NCBI GenBank assembly: GCA_022750195.1
Contig: JAKIWE010000006.1
Span: 3,295-67,294, forward strand
Origin: Thermoplasmata archaeon
GTDB taxonomy: Archaea; Thermoplasmatota; Thermoplasmata; Lutacidiplasmatales; UBA184
DNA: 64,000 nucleotides
Direction: 5' to 3'
The position numbers and the translations under genes are program-made. Shown in pieces: positions 31,788 through 40,580 of this stretch (within the stretch, counting starts at the first letter, position 1; every line of letters begins with the position of its first letter). The notes under the pieces were generated by a model that worked only from the letters and a program-made list of their open reading frames with translations, made no database searches and was not told where the DNA came from.

Positions 31788-32450
31788 TCAGTTCCACAGC
31801 GGGTGGAAGAACGGCACCGTCAACGCGACGGTGAGCAGCACGAAGGCTGGGACGAGCGTCATCGCCAGATCGTCGTCGACCCCACGGACGCGGGGCGCCT
31901 CGATGGCCACGCCGATGATCGCGGCGAGAGCGCCGCCGGTGATCGCCACCGGTAGGGCGACCCGCCACGCGAACGTCAGGCTCCCTACGGCCAGGCCGAA
32001 GTACGCGGCCAGGGGCAGCGCGGGGTGGACGGGCGGACCGACGCGCCGGACCCTGAGTTCGCCGATGAGCGGATCGACCAGGCTCGTGCCCAGGACCACC
32101 ACGGTCGCAATGGCCGGGGGGAAGACGACGACCGCGATCACCAACGCGATGGCGTAGAACGCGAAGCTGGCCACGCGGTGTTGCTCGTAGGGCCGGAGGG
32201 TCGGGAGTTCGGCGTGGGCGACGTGGCGTAGCACTTCGAGCACGAGCACCGCGCCGAGCGCGAGCAGCAGGGCAAGGACGTTCGGGACGACGAGAAAGAA
32301 CCGCGGCGGGAGGAGATAGTAGACCAGAACGAAGGCGCCGGAGAGGTGCAGACAACGTCGCCAGATCCGATCCCCGAGCTCGAGATCGCCCCCGAATTTG
32401 GCGCCGAGCCACCCGCGGAGTCGGCCGCCACGGTGGAACCGCAACCGCAT
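31788..32450 (-). CDS. Polyprenol/dolichol kinase-like membrane protein
   Basis: RRCLHL, LRPYE, DPLIG and DDDL motifs in a multi-TM protein. Confidence 0.72.
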   Translation of the reverse strand: MRLRFHRGGRLRGWLGAKFGGDLELGDRIWRRCLHLSGAFVLVYYLLPPRFFLVVPNVLALLLALGAVLVLEVLRHVAHAELPTLRPYEQHRVASFAFYAIALVIAVVVFPPAIATVVVLGTSLVDPLIGELRVRRVGPPVHPALPLAAYFGLAVGSLTFAWRVALPVAITGGALAAIIGVAIEAPRVRGVDDDLAMTLVPAFVLLTVALTVPFFHPLWN

Positions 32451-32540
32451 CCCGCGAAGGCGGGGCGCTCGGAGGTAAGGAGCTTGTGGCGGGGGATCGA
32501 GGCGCGAAGGGTTTTGTGGTTCGTCCGTTCCGCGCCGTCG

Positions 32541-33488
32541 ATGGTCGACCCGGCGGCGTTCCGGAGCGAAGCCGTCCGGAAGATCCGAGCGGAGGTGCCG
32601 TCCCGCGCGATCGTCGCCGCCAGCGGCGGCGTCGACAGTACGGTCGCTGCCTTCCTCGCGCACGAAGCCCTCGGCGACCGTGTCCGTTCGGTGTTCGTCG
32701 ATACCGGTCTTCTCCGGGCAGGAGAGGCCGACGCCGCCCGGGAGCTGTTCGGACCCACCCACGTCCCGCTCAACGTCGTCGACGCTTCGGCGAGGTTCCT
32801 CGGCGCGTTGGCCGGGGTGACCGACCCGGAGGAGAAGCGGCGGCGGATCGGCTCGACGTTCATCCGATTGTTCGAGGAGGAGGCGGACCGGTTCGGCGCG
32901 GACCGTCTCGTGCAGGGAACGATCGCCCCGGACTGGATCGAGAGCGGGGGGGCCCTTCGGGACACGATCAAGACGCACCACAACGTCGGGGGCATCCCCG
33001 CCGACTCGCGGCTCACGCTCGTCGAACCGCTACGAGACCTGTACAAGGACGAGGTCCGGGCGGTAGCGCGCGCCCTGGGCATCCCCGGGTCGGAGCGGCA
33101 GCCGTTCCCCGGCCCCGGATTGGCGGTGCGCGTCGGGGGTCCGGTCTCGGCGGAGCGCGTCGCCGTCGCGCGCGTCGCGAACCGGATCGTGGAAGAAGAG
33201 GTCGACAAGGCGGTCGCCGAAGGACACCTGGCGCGGCCGTGGCAGTACTTCGCGGTCCTCCTCCCGGTCCGGACCGTGGGGGTCACTGGGGACAATCGGG
33301 TCTACGGGGAGGCCGTGAGCATCCGGCTGGTCGACTCGACGGACGCGATGACCGCGGCCGCCGTCCCCGCCCCGCCGACCCTCCTCCGACGCATCGCCGA
33401 ACGGGTGACCCGGGAGCTCCACGGCAAGGTGACCCGCGTCCTGTACGACGTCACCGACAAGCCGCCGGCGACCATCGAGTGGGAGTAA
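32541..33488 (+). CDS. guaAB: GMP synthase ATPPase subunit B
   Basis: SGGVDS, DPEEKRRRIG, QGTIAPDWIES, IKTHHNVGG, PFPGPGLAVR, KPPATIEWE. Confidence 0.96.
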   Translation: MVDPAAFRSEAVRKIRAEVPSRAIVAASGGVDSTVAAFLAHEALGDRVRSVFVDTGLLRAGEADAARELFGPTHVPLNVVDASARFLGALAGVTDPEEKRRRIGSTFIRLFEEEADRFGADRLVQGTIAPDWIESGGALRDTIKTHHNVGGIPADSRLTLVEPLRDLYKDEVRAVARALGIPGSERQPFPGPGLAVRVGGPVSAERVAVARVANRIVEEEVDKAVAEGHLARPWQYFAVLLPVRTVGVTGDNRVYGEAVSIRLVDSTDAMTAAAVPAPPTLLRRIAERVTRELHGKVTRVLYDVTDKPPATIEWE

Positions 33489-33558
33489 TCAACCGCCTCC
33501 TCCCGCCCGGAAAGCCTATCCGTTGAGTCACCTGTTCTAGCGTAGGTTCAGGACATCG

Positions 33559-33777
33559 ATGGCGAGCGCGGTCGTGGACGGACGGACCGTGAAGATCACC
33601 GAGGAGATCGCTCGCGGGCTCGAGCGACGCATCTCCGGGACCGGGTTCAAGTCGATCGACGCGTTCGTCGAGTTCGTCATGGCCCGACTGCTCGAAACCT
33701 CGTCCGAGATCCCCTTCTCGGAAGAGGACGAACGCCTGTTGCGCGAGCGGCTTCGATCGCTCGGCTACATCGACTGA
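33559..33777 (+). CDS. Small CopG/ribbon-helix-helix-like protein
   Basis: TVKITEE...TGFKSIDAFVEFVM...ERLRSLGYID. Confidence 0.78.
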   Translation: MASAVVDGRTVKITEEIARGLERRISGTGFKSIDAFVEFVMARLLETSSEIPFSEEDERLLRERLRSLGYID

Positions 33778-33801
33778 AGGACGTGCGCGGGTAGGTACCG
33801 C

Positions 33802-34059
33802 ATGGCGGAAGACCCGGTCAAGGTCCAGTGCCCCTTCTGTGGGGCCCCAGAGACGGAGCGCATCAACATGGAGGGGCACCGTTTCCTGGTGTTCAGCTGC
33901 ATGTTCACGCCCGAGGTCGACCCGGCGCTCGACGAGTCGGCGCTGCCGCAGCACCTCGCCAAGGAGTACGGTCCGAACGGGAACACCTACTTCCGGCGCC
34001 AATGCGACCGGCTCCATCTGGTCGTTACGCGACCTCCCGGCGGCGGCTCTCACGGCTGA
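33802..34059 (+). CDS. Small Cys-containing hypothetical protein (possible Zn finger)
   Basis: CPFCG plus distal C, C and H residues; coding-like codon usage. Confidence 0.7.
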   Translation: MAEDPVKVQCPFCGAPETERINMEGHRFLVFSCMFTPEVDPALDESALPQHLAKEYGPNGNTYFRRQCDRLHLVVTRPPGGGSHG

Positions 34060-34097
34060 CCGCCGCCCTGAGCCGTCCTCTCCGGGGGGAGAACTCC

Positions 34098-34688
34098 TCA
34101 GCCCCGGGATGGGGGGATCGGCGGGGCCGAAGGTGGGGACGGGCGCAGCAGCGCGGCCCGATAGACCAGATAGACTCCGAAGTTGCGGCCGAGGAACAGG
34201 CCCGTGCTCACGGCGAACAACGCGTCGACCACGAGCAAGGCGGCGGCCGCCGCCGGGGAGAGGGTGACGGAGGAGCCGACCGGCCCGAACGGATCGAGCC
34301 CCACGACGAACAGGTCGAGGAGGAGTCGGACCGCGAACAGGGTGAGGTACACGATCGCGATGACCATCCCCATCCGATACATCCAGACGCCGTCCGGCCT
34401 CCGCCAGATCTCGACCCGGCGGCGCGTGTACCGGATCCCCACCCACGCCGACGCGACGATGAGCACGGAGTCCACGCCGAGGTCGACGAGCGAGAGCGAC
34501 GGGAACAGGTAGAGGCCCTCGACCACGGTCACGACGAAGAGCAGGAGGAAGAAACCCGCCAGCGCGAGCAGGCTCGTCGGGTTGATCGACGCTCCGTGGA
34601 CGCTCTGGTAGACCCGGCGGGCGAGGAGGACGACGACGAGTACCAGGAAGATCGCCGTGGGGGCGATCTCGGAGGCCGAAAGGGCCAT
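34098..34688 (-). CDS. DUF1453/CcdC-like membrane protein
   Basis: About five TM helices; loop pattern TRRRVEIWRRPDGVWMYR. Confidence 0.68.
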   Translation of the reverse strand: MALSASEIAPTAIFLVLVVVLLARRVYQSVHGASINPTSLLALAGFFLLLFVVTVVEGLYLFPSLSLVDLGVDSVLIVASAWVGIRYTRRRVEIWRRPDGVWMYRMGMVIAIVYLTLFAVRLLLDLFVVGLDPFGPVGSSVTLSPAAAAALLVVDALFAVSTGLFLGRNFGVYLVYRAALLRPSPPSAPPIPPSRG

Positions 34689-34689
34689 C

Positions 34690-35148
34690 CTAGGCGCCCC
34701 GGTTCCCCCGCCTTCGGGGCGGCCGCGTCGGGGGTCGGGGAGCCCGCACGGCGTCGACCTCGATCTCCACGAGGGCGTCCTTCGGGATGAACCGCTCGAC
34801 CTGGACCATCGTCGCCGCCGGACGGGCGCGCCCGAACGCCTCCTGATGGGCCCGGCCGAACTCCTCCCATCGGCGGATGTCGGTGACGAACATCCGGGTC
34901 CGAACGACGTCGTCGAACGACGCTCCGGCTTCCTTCAGCGCCGACTCGACGATCTTCAGCGCCGCGCTCGCCTGACGGTAGCCTGCGTCCGGACCGCGGG
35001 TCCTTCGCTCCGCCTCCGGAGCGACCGTTCCCGCGACGAACACCCGATCCCCCACTCGGATCGCCCGGGAGTAGCCGACGGTCGCCTCCCACGGCGCGCC
35101 GCTCGAGATCCGCTGCCGGTCCGACGCTCGAGGGGAGCTCCGGGTCAT
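34690..35148 (-). CDS. RidA/YjgF family protein
   Basis: SSGAPWEATVGYSRAIRVG, VVRTRMFVTD, RPAATMV, LVEIEVDA. Confidence 0.93.
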   Translation of the reverse strand: MTRSSPRASDRQRISSGAPWEATVGYSRAIRVGDRVFVAGTVAPEAERRTRGPDAGYRQASAALKIVESALKEAGASFDDVVRTRMFVTDIRRWEEFGRAHQEAFGRARPAATMVQVERFIPKDALVEIEVDAVRAPRPPTRPPRRRGNRGA

Positions 35149-36032
35149 GTGGGGACCGCGACGGGTCCGATCTTGTCGAGAGCACTGTCGACCGAGACGA
35201 GATGGCGCGGGAGTCCGAGCTGCTCCGGCGGAGCGCCAAGGGCCAGGCCGACGAGCTGAGGAAGGTGGAAGATCGGCATGTGCAACGGCCGACCGACCTC
35301 GGCGGCGGCCCGGTTCTGGAAGGAGTCGAGCGAGATGTGGCAGAGCGGGCACGGGGTCGCCATCGCGTCCGCGCCGTGCGCCGCAGCGTCCTCGATCTGG
35401 TGGGCGGCGATCCGGTTGGCCGTCGGCTCCTTGACGAACAGGATCGGGAAGCCGCAGCACATGACCCGCCCGCGGTACATCACCGGCGTCGCGCCGAGGG
35501 TGGTGATCAGGTCCTCGAAGGCGTGAGGCTCCTCCGCGCTCTCCGACCCGAGCTCGGCCTGGGGACGCAGGAGGTGGCAGCCGTAGAACGCGCCGACCTT
35601 GAGGCCGGTGAGCGGTCGGCGCACGCGCTGGGCGATCGCCGCGAGCCCGTACTCCTCGGTGAGGACGCTCAGGAGGTGGCGGACCTTCACCGTCCCCTTG
35701 TAGCTGACCCCGATCTGGGCGAGCGCGGGGTCGACGCGGGCGCGGATCGCCGGGTCGGCGAGCTTCTGCCGGGCGAGGCTGAGCATCCCCTGGCAGGTCG
35801 AACAGACCGTGAGGATGTCGAGCCCCTGCCCCTCGGCGATCGCGAGGTTCCGGGCGTTGAGCGCGACGTTGAGGATCATGTTCGCCTCGTCGACGAAGCC
35901 GGAGCCGCAGCAGGAGAACCGCGGCGACTCGACGAGCTCGATCCCGAGCGCGGTCGTCACCCACCGGGTCGCCATGTCGAGCTCCTTGCCGGACGCCTGC
36001 GCGACGCAGCCGGGATAGTAGGCGATCCTCAC
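35145..36032 (-). CDS. CCG-domain (HdrB-like/SdhE-type) subunit of succinate dehydrogenase
   Basis: YYPGC, SCCG, CSTC, FYGCH, CCG and CPLC motifs; overlaps sdhB. Confidence 0.9.
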   Translation of the reverse strand: MRIAYYPGCVAQASGKELDMATRWVTTALGIELVESPRFSCCGSGFVDEANMILNVALNARNLAIAEGQGLDILTVCSTCQGMLSLARQKLADPAIRARVDPALAQIGVSYKGTVKVRHLLSVLTEEYGLAAIAQRVRRPLTGLKVGAFYGCHLLRPQAELGSESAEEPHAFEDLITTLGATPVMYRGRVMCCGFPILFVKEPTANRIAAHQIEDAAAHGADAMATPCPLCHISLDSFQNRAAAEVGRPLHMPIFHLPQLVGLALGAPPEQLGLPRHLVSVDSALDKIGPVAVPT

Positions 36033-37000
36033 GTCGGTTTCTCCTCGTCGAGGAGCTCGTAGAGCTTCTCGACCTCCTCGACCCCTTCGATGGGCCGAGG
36101 GGACTTCAGCAGTTCGGGCTTCTTGCGGATCAGACGGGCCGCCTGGGGGAGCAGCGGGAGGGCCTCCAGCGGCGTGTAGGTCTGACGGATCAGCTTCGCC
36201 TCGTTGAGCTGCCCGCGCTGCCGGATGTTCTCCTTGAACCCGAGGGCGTGTTTCGAACCGTGCTCCGTGGCGCCCTGGACCGCGATCGCCATCTCCTTGA
36301 GGTCGCGGATCCGCTCAGAGGGCTGCACGTCCTTCGGACAGGCTTCGGTGCACAGGTGGCACCGGAGGCAGAGCCAAAGGCCCCCGGGCTGGATCTTGAG
36401 CAGACGCTGCTGGGCGGCTCCGTCGCGCGGGTCGACGACGAATCGGAAGAGCTTCGCCAGCGACATCGGGCCCGGGAACTCCGGGTCCGCCTCGACGGCC
36501 GGGCACGCCGAGTAGCAGGCGGCGCAGGCGATGCAGCGAGGCGTCTCTCGGAACGCGTCGACCTGCTGCGGCGTCATCTTCGACGGCTCCCCCTTGGGGA
36601 GCGGGTGGTCCGGGTCGCCGATGAGGTGCGGTTCGAGCTTGCGGTAGTTGCCCCAGAAGCTGCCCATGTCGACGACGAGGTCGCGCAGGACGGGGAGGTT
36701 CCGCATCGGGTCGATCACGACGCGACCGTGACGCTCGAACTCCGGTCCCACCGGGGTCTGGCAGGCGAGTCGGCTCTTCGAGTTCACGACCATCGAACAC
36801 GAGCCGCAGATCGCGCTCCGGCAGGAGTAGCGGAGCGTGAGCCCGGGGTCGATCTCCGAGCGGATCCGCAGGAGCGCCGTCAGCACCGGGGTGTGCGGTG
36901 CCAGGTCCAGCGTGTAGCGAACGTACCGGGGTTCCTTGTCCTTCGTCGGGTCGAACCGGTAGACGTCGAACGGGATCGTGAGGGTCCCGGCCACCGCCAT
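36029..37000 (-). CDS. sdhB: Succinate dehydrogenase/fumarate reductase iron-sulfur subunit
   Basis: SCRSAICGSC...LAC (2Fe-2S), CIACAACYSACP, CLRCHLCTEACP. Confidence 0.95.
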   Translation of the reverse strand: MAVAGTLTIPFDVYRFDPTKDKEPRYVRYTLDLAPHTPVLTALLRIRSEIDPGLTLRYSCRSAICGSCSMVVNSKSRLACQTPVGPEFERHGRVVIDPMRNLPVLRDLVVDMGSFWGNYRKLEPHLIGDPDHPLPKGEPSKMTPQQVDAFRETPRCIACAACYSACPAVEADPEFPGPMSLAKLFRFVVDPRDGAAQQRLLKIQPGGLWLCLRCHLCTEACPKDVQPSERIRDLKEMAIAVQGATEHGSKHALGFKENIRQRGQLNEAKLIRQTYTPLEALPLLPQAARLIRKKPELLKSPRPIEGVEEVEKLYELLDEEKPT

Positions 37001-38673
37001 CAGTACACCCGCTCCTTGGGCTCGAACCGCGTCATCGTCACGGGCGCGTAGCTGAGCACCGGTCCGCCCGGCCCCCTCGCGGCGAGCGTGTGCTTGAGCC
37101 ATGCGACGTCGTCGCGCTTCGGGTAGTCCAAGCGCGAGTGCGCGCCGCGGCTCTCGGTGCGCGCGATCGCCCCGACCACGATCACTTCGGCGAGCTCGAG
37201 CATGTTGCCGGTCTCCAGGGCGTCGATCAGATTGAGATTGAACTGGGCCGAGGTGTCGGCGATCCGGACCCGCGCGAACCGCTGGCGCAGCGCTCGGATC
37301 TGCCGGAGCGCCTCCTCGAGCTCGCCCGCGGTCCGGTAGATGCCTACCAGCGAGTCCATTGTCGTCTGCATCTCGGTGCGGAGCCTCTGCGGGTCTTCGC
37401 CGTCCGTCCGCCCCCACATCGACCGGATCGGGGTGACGGCCTGGTCGAGGTCGGTCTCGTGGAGCACCGGGCTCGGAGCCGTGGCGACGTAGCTGGCCGC
37501 GGCCTCGCCCGCCTGACGGCCGAAGACGAGCGTCTCCAACAGCGAGTTCCCACCGAGGCGGTTCGCCCCGTGGATCGACACGCAGGCCGCTTCTCCCGCC
37601 GAGTAGAGGCCGGGCACGTTCGTCTCGCCGCGCAGGTTCGTGCCGATCCCGCCCATCATGTAGTGCTGGGCGGGCATCACCGGGATCGGTTGCGTCACCG
37701 GGTCGACGCCGGCGAATTTCCGGGAGAAGTCGCAGATCTCCTGCAACCGGGACTCGATCCTCTCCTTCCCGAGATGCATCAGCTCCAGATGGACGTAACC
37801 CCCGGGGAACCCCCGGCCCTCCTTCACCTCGGTCACGATCGCGCGGGAGACGACGTCCCGCGACGCCAGGTCGAGAACGTGCGGGGCGTACCTCGTCATG
37901 AACCGCTCCCCGCTGGCGTTCTTCAAGATCCCGCCTTCCCCCCGGGCCCCCTCGGTGATCAGGATACCGGATTCGAGGAGCGCGGTCGGGTGGAACTGAA
38001 CGAACTCCATGTCCTTCAGGAACGCCCCCGCCCGGTAGGAGGCCGCGATGCCGTCGCCGGTGCAGCTGTGGGCGTTCGTGGTCCGACCGTAGATCCGTCC
38101 CGCGGGTCCGGTCGCCATGATGACGGCCTTGGCGGCGATCTCGGCGAATTCGCCGGTCCGTCGGTCGAGGGCGACGATCCCCTGGACCCGACCGTCGCGG
38201 ACCACGACCTCGAGGAGGTCCCACTCTTCGTACAGCGTGTACGGCTGCGTCCCGAGGTGCTCGTACAGCGCCTGCAGGAGCGCGAGCCCCGTGCGGTCCG
38301 CGGCGTAGATAGTGCGGGGGAAGCCGGCCCCGCCGAACGGCCGCCGAGCGAGGCTTCCGTCCTCGCCCCGACTAAAGATGGTGCCGAAATGTTCCATCTC
38401 GACGACCGTCGGGCCGGCGGATTGGCAGAAGAACTCGATCGCGTCTTGGTCGCCGAGGTAGTCCGAGCCCTTCACCGTGTCGTAGGTGTGGGTCTCGACG
38501 GAGTCCTCCTTGCCGACGGCGGCGTTGATGCCCCCCTGGGCGGCGCCGGAGTGCGAGCGGAGCGGGTGGAGCTTCGAGACGATCGCCACGTCGCGCCCCG
38601 CCTGGATCGCGGCCAACGCCGCTCGCTGGCCGGCGAGACCGGCGCCGACGACGACGACGTCGTGACGTTGCAT
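37000..38673 (-). CDS. sdhA: Succinate dehydrogenase/fumarate reductase flavoprotein
   Basis: [16 protein letters not shown] (covalent FAD His), [28 protein letters not shown]. Confidence 0.97.
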   Translation of the reverse strand: MQRHDVVVVGAGLAGQRAALAAIQAGRDVAIVSKLHPLRSHSGAAQGGINAAVGKEDSVETHTYDTVKGSDYLGDQDAIEFFCQSAGPTVVEMEHFGTIFSRGEDGSLARRPFGGAGFPRTIYAADRTGLALLQALYEHLGTQPYTLYEEWDLLEVVVRDGRVQGIVALDRRTGEFAEIAAKAVIMATGPAGRIYGRTTNAHSCTGDGIAASYRAGAFLKDMEFVQFHPTALLESGILITEGARGEGGILKNASGERFMTRYAPHVLDLASRDVVSRAIVTEVKEGRGFPGGYVHLELMHLGKERIESRLQEICDFSRKFAGVDPVTQPIPVMPAQHYMMGGIGTNLRGETNVPGLYSAGEAACVSIHGANRLGGNSLLETLVFGRQAGEAAASYVATAPSPVLHETDLDQAVTPIRSMWGRTDGEDPQRLRTEMQTTMDSLVGIYRTAGELEEALRQIRALRQRFARVRIADTSAQFNLNLIDALETGNMLELAEVIVVGAIARTESRGAHSRLDYPKRDDVAWLKHTLAARGPGGPVLSYAPVTMTRFEPKERVY

Positions 38674-38889
38674 TGAGTGAACCGGCCGCCCCGAGACCTG
38701 GGCGGGCTTAATTGTTGGTGGACCCGGGCGAGAGCCCCGCAGCGTGCGTTGCTCACCGCGCTCGCCACCGTGGCACGATTCGCCGTTGGGCTCCCGGGAG
38801 CGCGGGCAGCCGAGTCGGCCGCCGCGACGTCTCTCGCCGACGGACCGGGTTCGATCCGGCCCGCGCCGGAACCCAGGCTCCTCGCTGGC

Positions 38890-39666
38890 TCAGCTGCTGC
38901 CGGGGGGCGGAGGGGACGGGGGTTGTCCCATGGGTGGGGGAGGGGGCGGTGGCATCTGTTGCCCGGGGGCGGCGGTCCATCCCATCGGGGGTGGCATGCG
39001 CTTCTTGCGGGTCACCACGATGACGACCACGACGACGATCACCACGATGGCGACGAGGGAGATGACCGCGATCAAGATGAGTCCGGAGAAGATGTTGTTC
39101 ACCACGGCGGGCGCCGAAATGCACCCGGCCGCGTTGCACGTCCCGCCCCCGTTGTAGTCGCTGCCGAGGTAGCTGTCCGACGTGCCGCTCGGACTGGAGC
39201 TGGTCGCGATCGCATTGAGCGAGAAGCCGGACGACGCGCCGACCGCGGAGGTGTTGACGAGGAAGCTCAAGGTGCTCCCGCCGCCGCTCACCGTGAACGG
39301 CGCGGCGCCGTAGCCGAAGGAGCCAGAGCCGGCGCTCTCGAGAATGCCCGCGGTCGCATTGTCACTGAGCAGGAAATAGCCGGTCGCGGACGACGCCGAG
39401 TTCCCGCCGAAGTAGACGTAGTACGTGTCGTACGCGTTGGTCGTGCCCACGGAGCCGGCCACGGTGAAGCTGATCGAGAGCTGAGCGGAGCCGCTGGTGG
39501 AGCTCGACAGCGAGACCAGGTCCACCGCCGAGTTGACCGAGCCGTTGGAGGACTGGGAGAAGCTGAGGTTGTAGCCGGACCCGCTCGCGAGCGCAGCAGG
39601 CGCGGTCAGAAGGATCGCCGCGAAGAGGAAACTCGGCAGGGTCGCTCGTCGGAGCCAGCGTCGCAT
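38890..39666 (-). CDS. Secreted Ser/Gly-rich protein with TM anchor and Pro-rich cytoplasmic tail
   Basis: Signal peptide, low-complexity beta domain, Val/Ile TM helix, RKKR, poly-Pro tail. Confidence 0.8.
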   Translation of the reverse strand: MRRWLRRATLPSFLFAAILLTAPAALASGSGYNLSFSQSSNGSVNSAVDLVSLSSSTSGSAQLSISFTVAGSVGTTNAYDTYYVYFGGNSASSATGYFLLSDNATAGILESAGSGSFGYGAAPFTVSGGGSTLSFLVNTSAVGASSGFSLNAIATSSSPSGTSDSYLGSDYNGGGTCNAAGCISAPAVVNNIFSGLILIAVISLVAIVVIVVVVVIVVTRKKRMPPPMGWTAAPGQQMPPPPPPPMGQPPSPPPPGSS

Positions 39667-39797
39667 ACGCCTGCTTTGGCCGGCCCCCCGTTATGAAACT
39701 ACCCCTGCACATCGCGTTCCGCCCGGGGGCTGAAACGCCGCTCGTCGCCGAACTTCGGCGGTACCGAGTGAATCGAACGTAAGCGCCCGGCGTGGCG

Positions 39798-39804
39798 TTA
39801 TATA
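39798..39804 (+). promoter_or_regulatory. TATA box upstream of psmB
   Basis: TTATATA in a GC-rich background about 50 nt upstream of the start. Confidence 0.55.
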
Positions 39805-39852
39805 GCGACCGTCGGTCTCCCGCTCGCTTTTCGGAGCTTACCGAGGAATCCG

Positions 39853-40524
39853 ATGCAAGCCGCTCCCCAATCTATGGAAGAGAATCTGCTGAAGGGCACG
39901 ACCACCATTGGCCTCGTCTGCAAGGACGGGGTCGTCCTCGCCACGGAGCGCCGCGCCACGGCGGGGAACATGATCGCGAACAAGATGACCCAGAAATTGT
40001 TCAAGATCGACGTCAACCTGGGCGTGACGGTCGCCGGGCTCGTCGGCGACGCGCAGGTACTCACCCGCTACCTTCGTGCTGAAGTCTCGCTCTACCGCCT
40101 GCGCCGGAACGCAGCGCTGACCGCCGAGGGCGGTGCCACGCTTCTCGCGAACATCCTCAACGGCAACCGGATGTTCCCGTACTACGCCTGGTTGATCCTG
40201 GGCGGCGTCGACGGCAAGGGCGGCCACGTCTTCAGCGTCGACCCGGCCGGCGGCTCGATCGAGGACAAGTACGTCTCCGTCGGCAGCGGCTCGCCGTTCG
40301 CCTACGGCGTCCTGGAGGAGGGGTACGCGCGCGACATGAGCGTGAGCGACGGCGTCGACCTTGCGATCCGAGGGCTCACGGTCGCCATGAAGCGCGACAG
40401 CGCCAGCGGCGATGGGTACATCGTCCACACGATCACGCCCAAGGATTACAAGGAGTTCGGGGACGACGAAATCAATAAACGCTTGAAAGCGCTCAAGATT
40501 CCGTTGCCTCCCGTGCTCCAGTAG
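39853..40524 (+). CDS. psmB: Proteasome subunit beta
   Basis: Propeptide then G|TTTIG, AGLVGDAQ, GSGSPFAYGVLE, RDSASG. Confidence 0.97.
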   Translation: MQAAPQSMEENLLKGTTTIGLVCKDGVVLATERRATAGNMIANKMTQKLFKIDVNLGVTVAGLVGDAQVLTRYLRAEVSLYRLRRNAALTAEGGATLLANILNGNRMFPYYAWLILGGVDGKGGHVFSVDPAGGSIEDKYVSVGSGSPFAYGVLEEGYARDMSVSDGVDLAIRGLTVAMKRDSASGDGYIVHTITPKDYKEFGDDEINKRLKALKIPLPPVLQ

Positions 40525-40580
40525 TGCATTTCCTAGCGTCCGGGTGAACCCCTTCCCGCCAACCGCTTCCCTGCCCAACG

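Noticed and set aside
35145-36032. Methanogen-type heterodisulfide reductase
   Set aside because: The CCG gene is coupled to sdhAB, with no hdrA or methanogenesis genes nearby.
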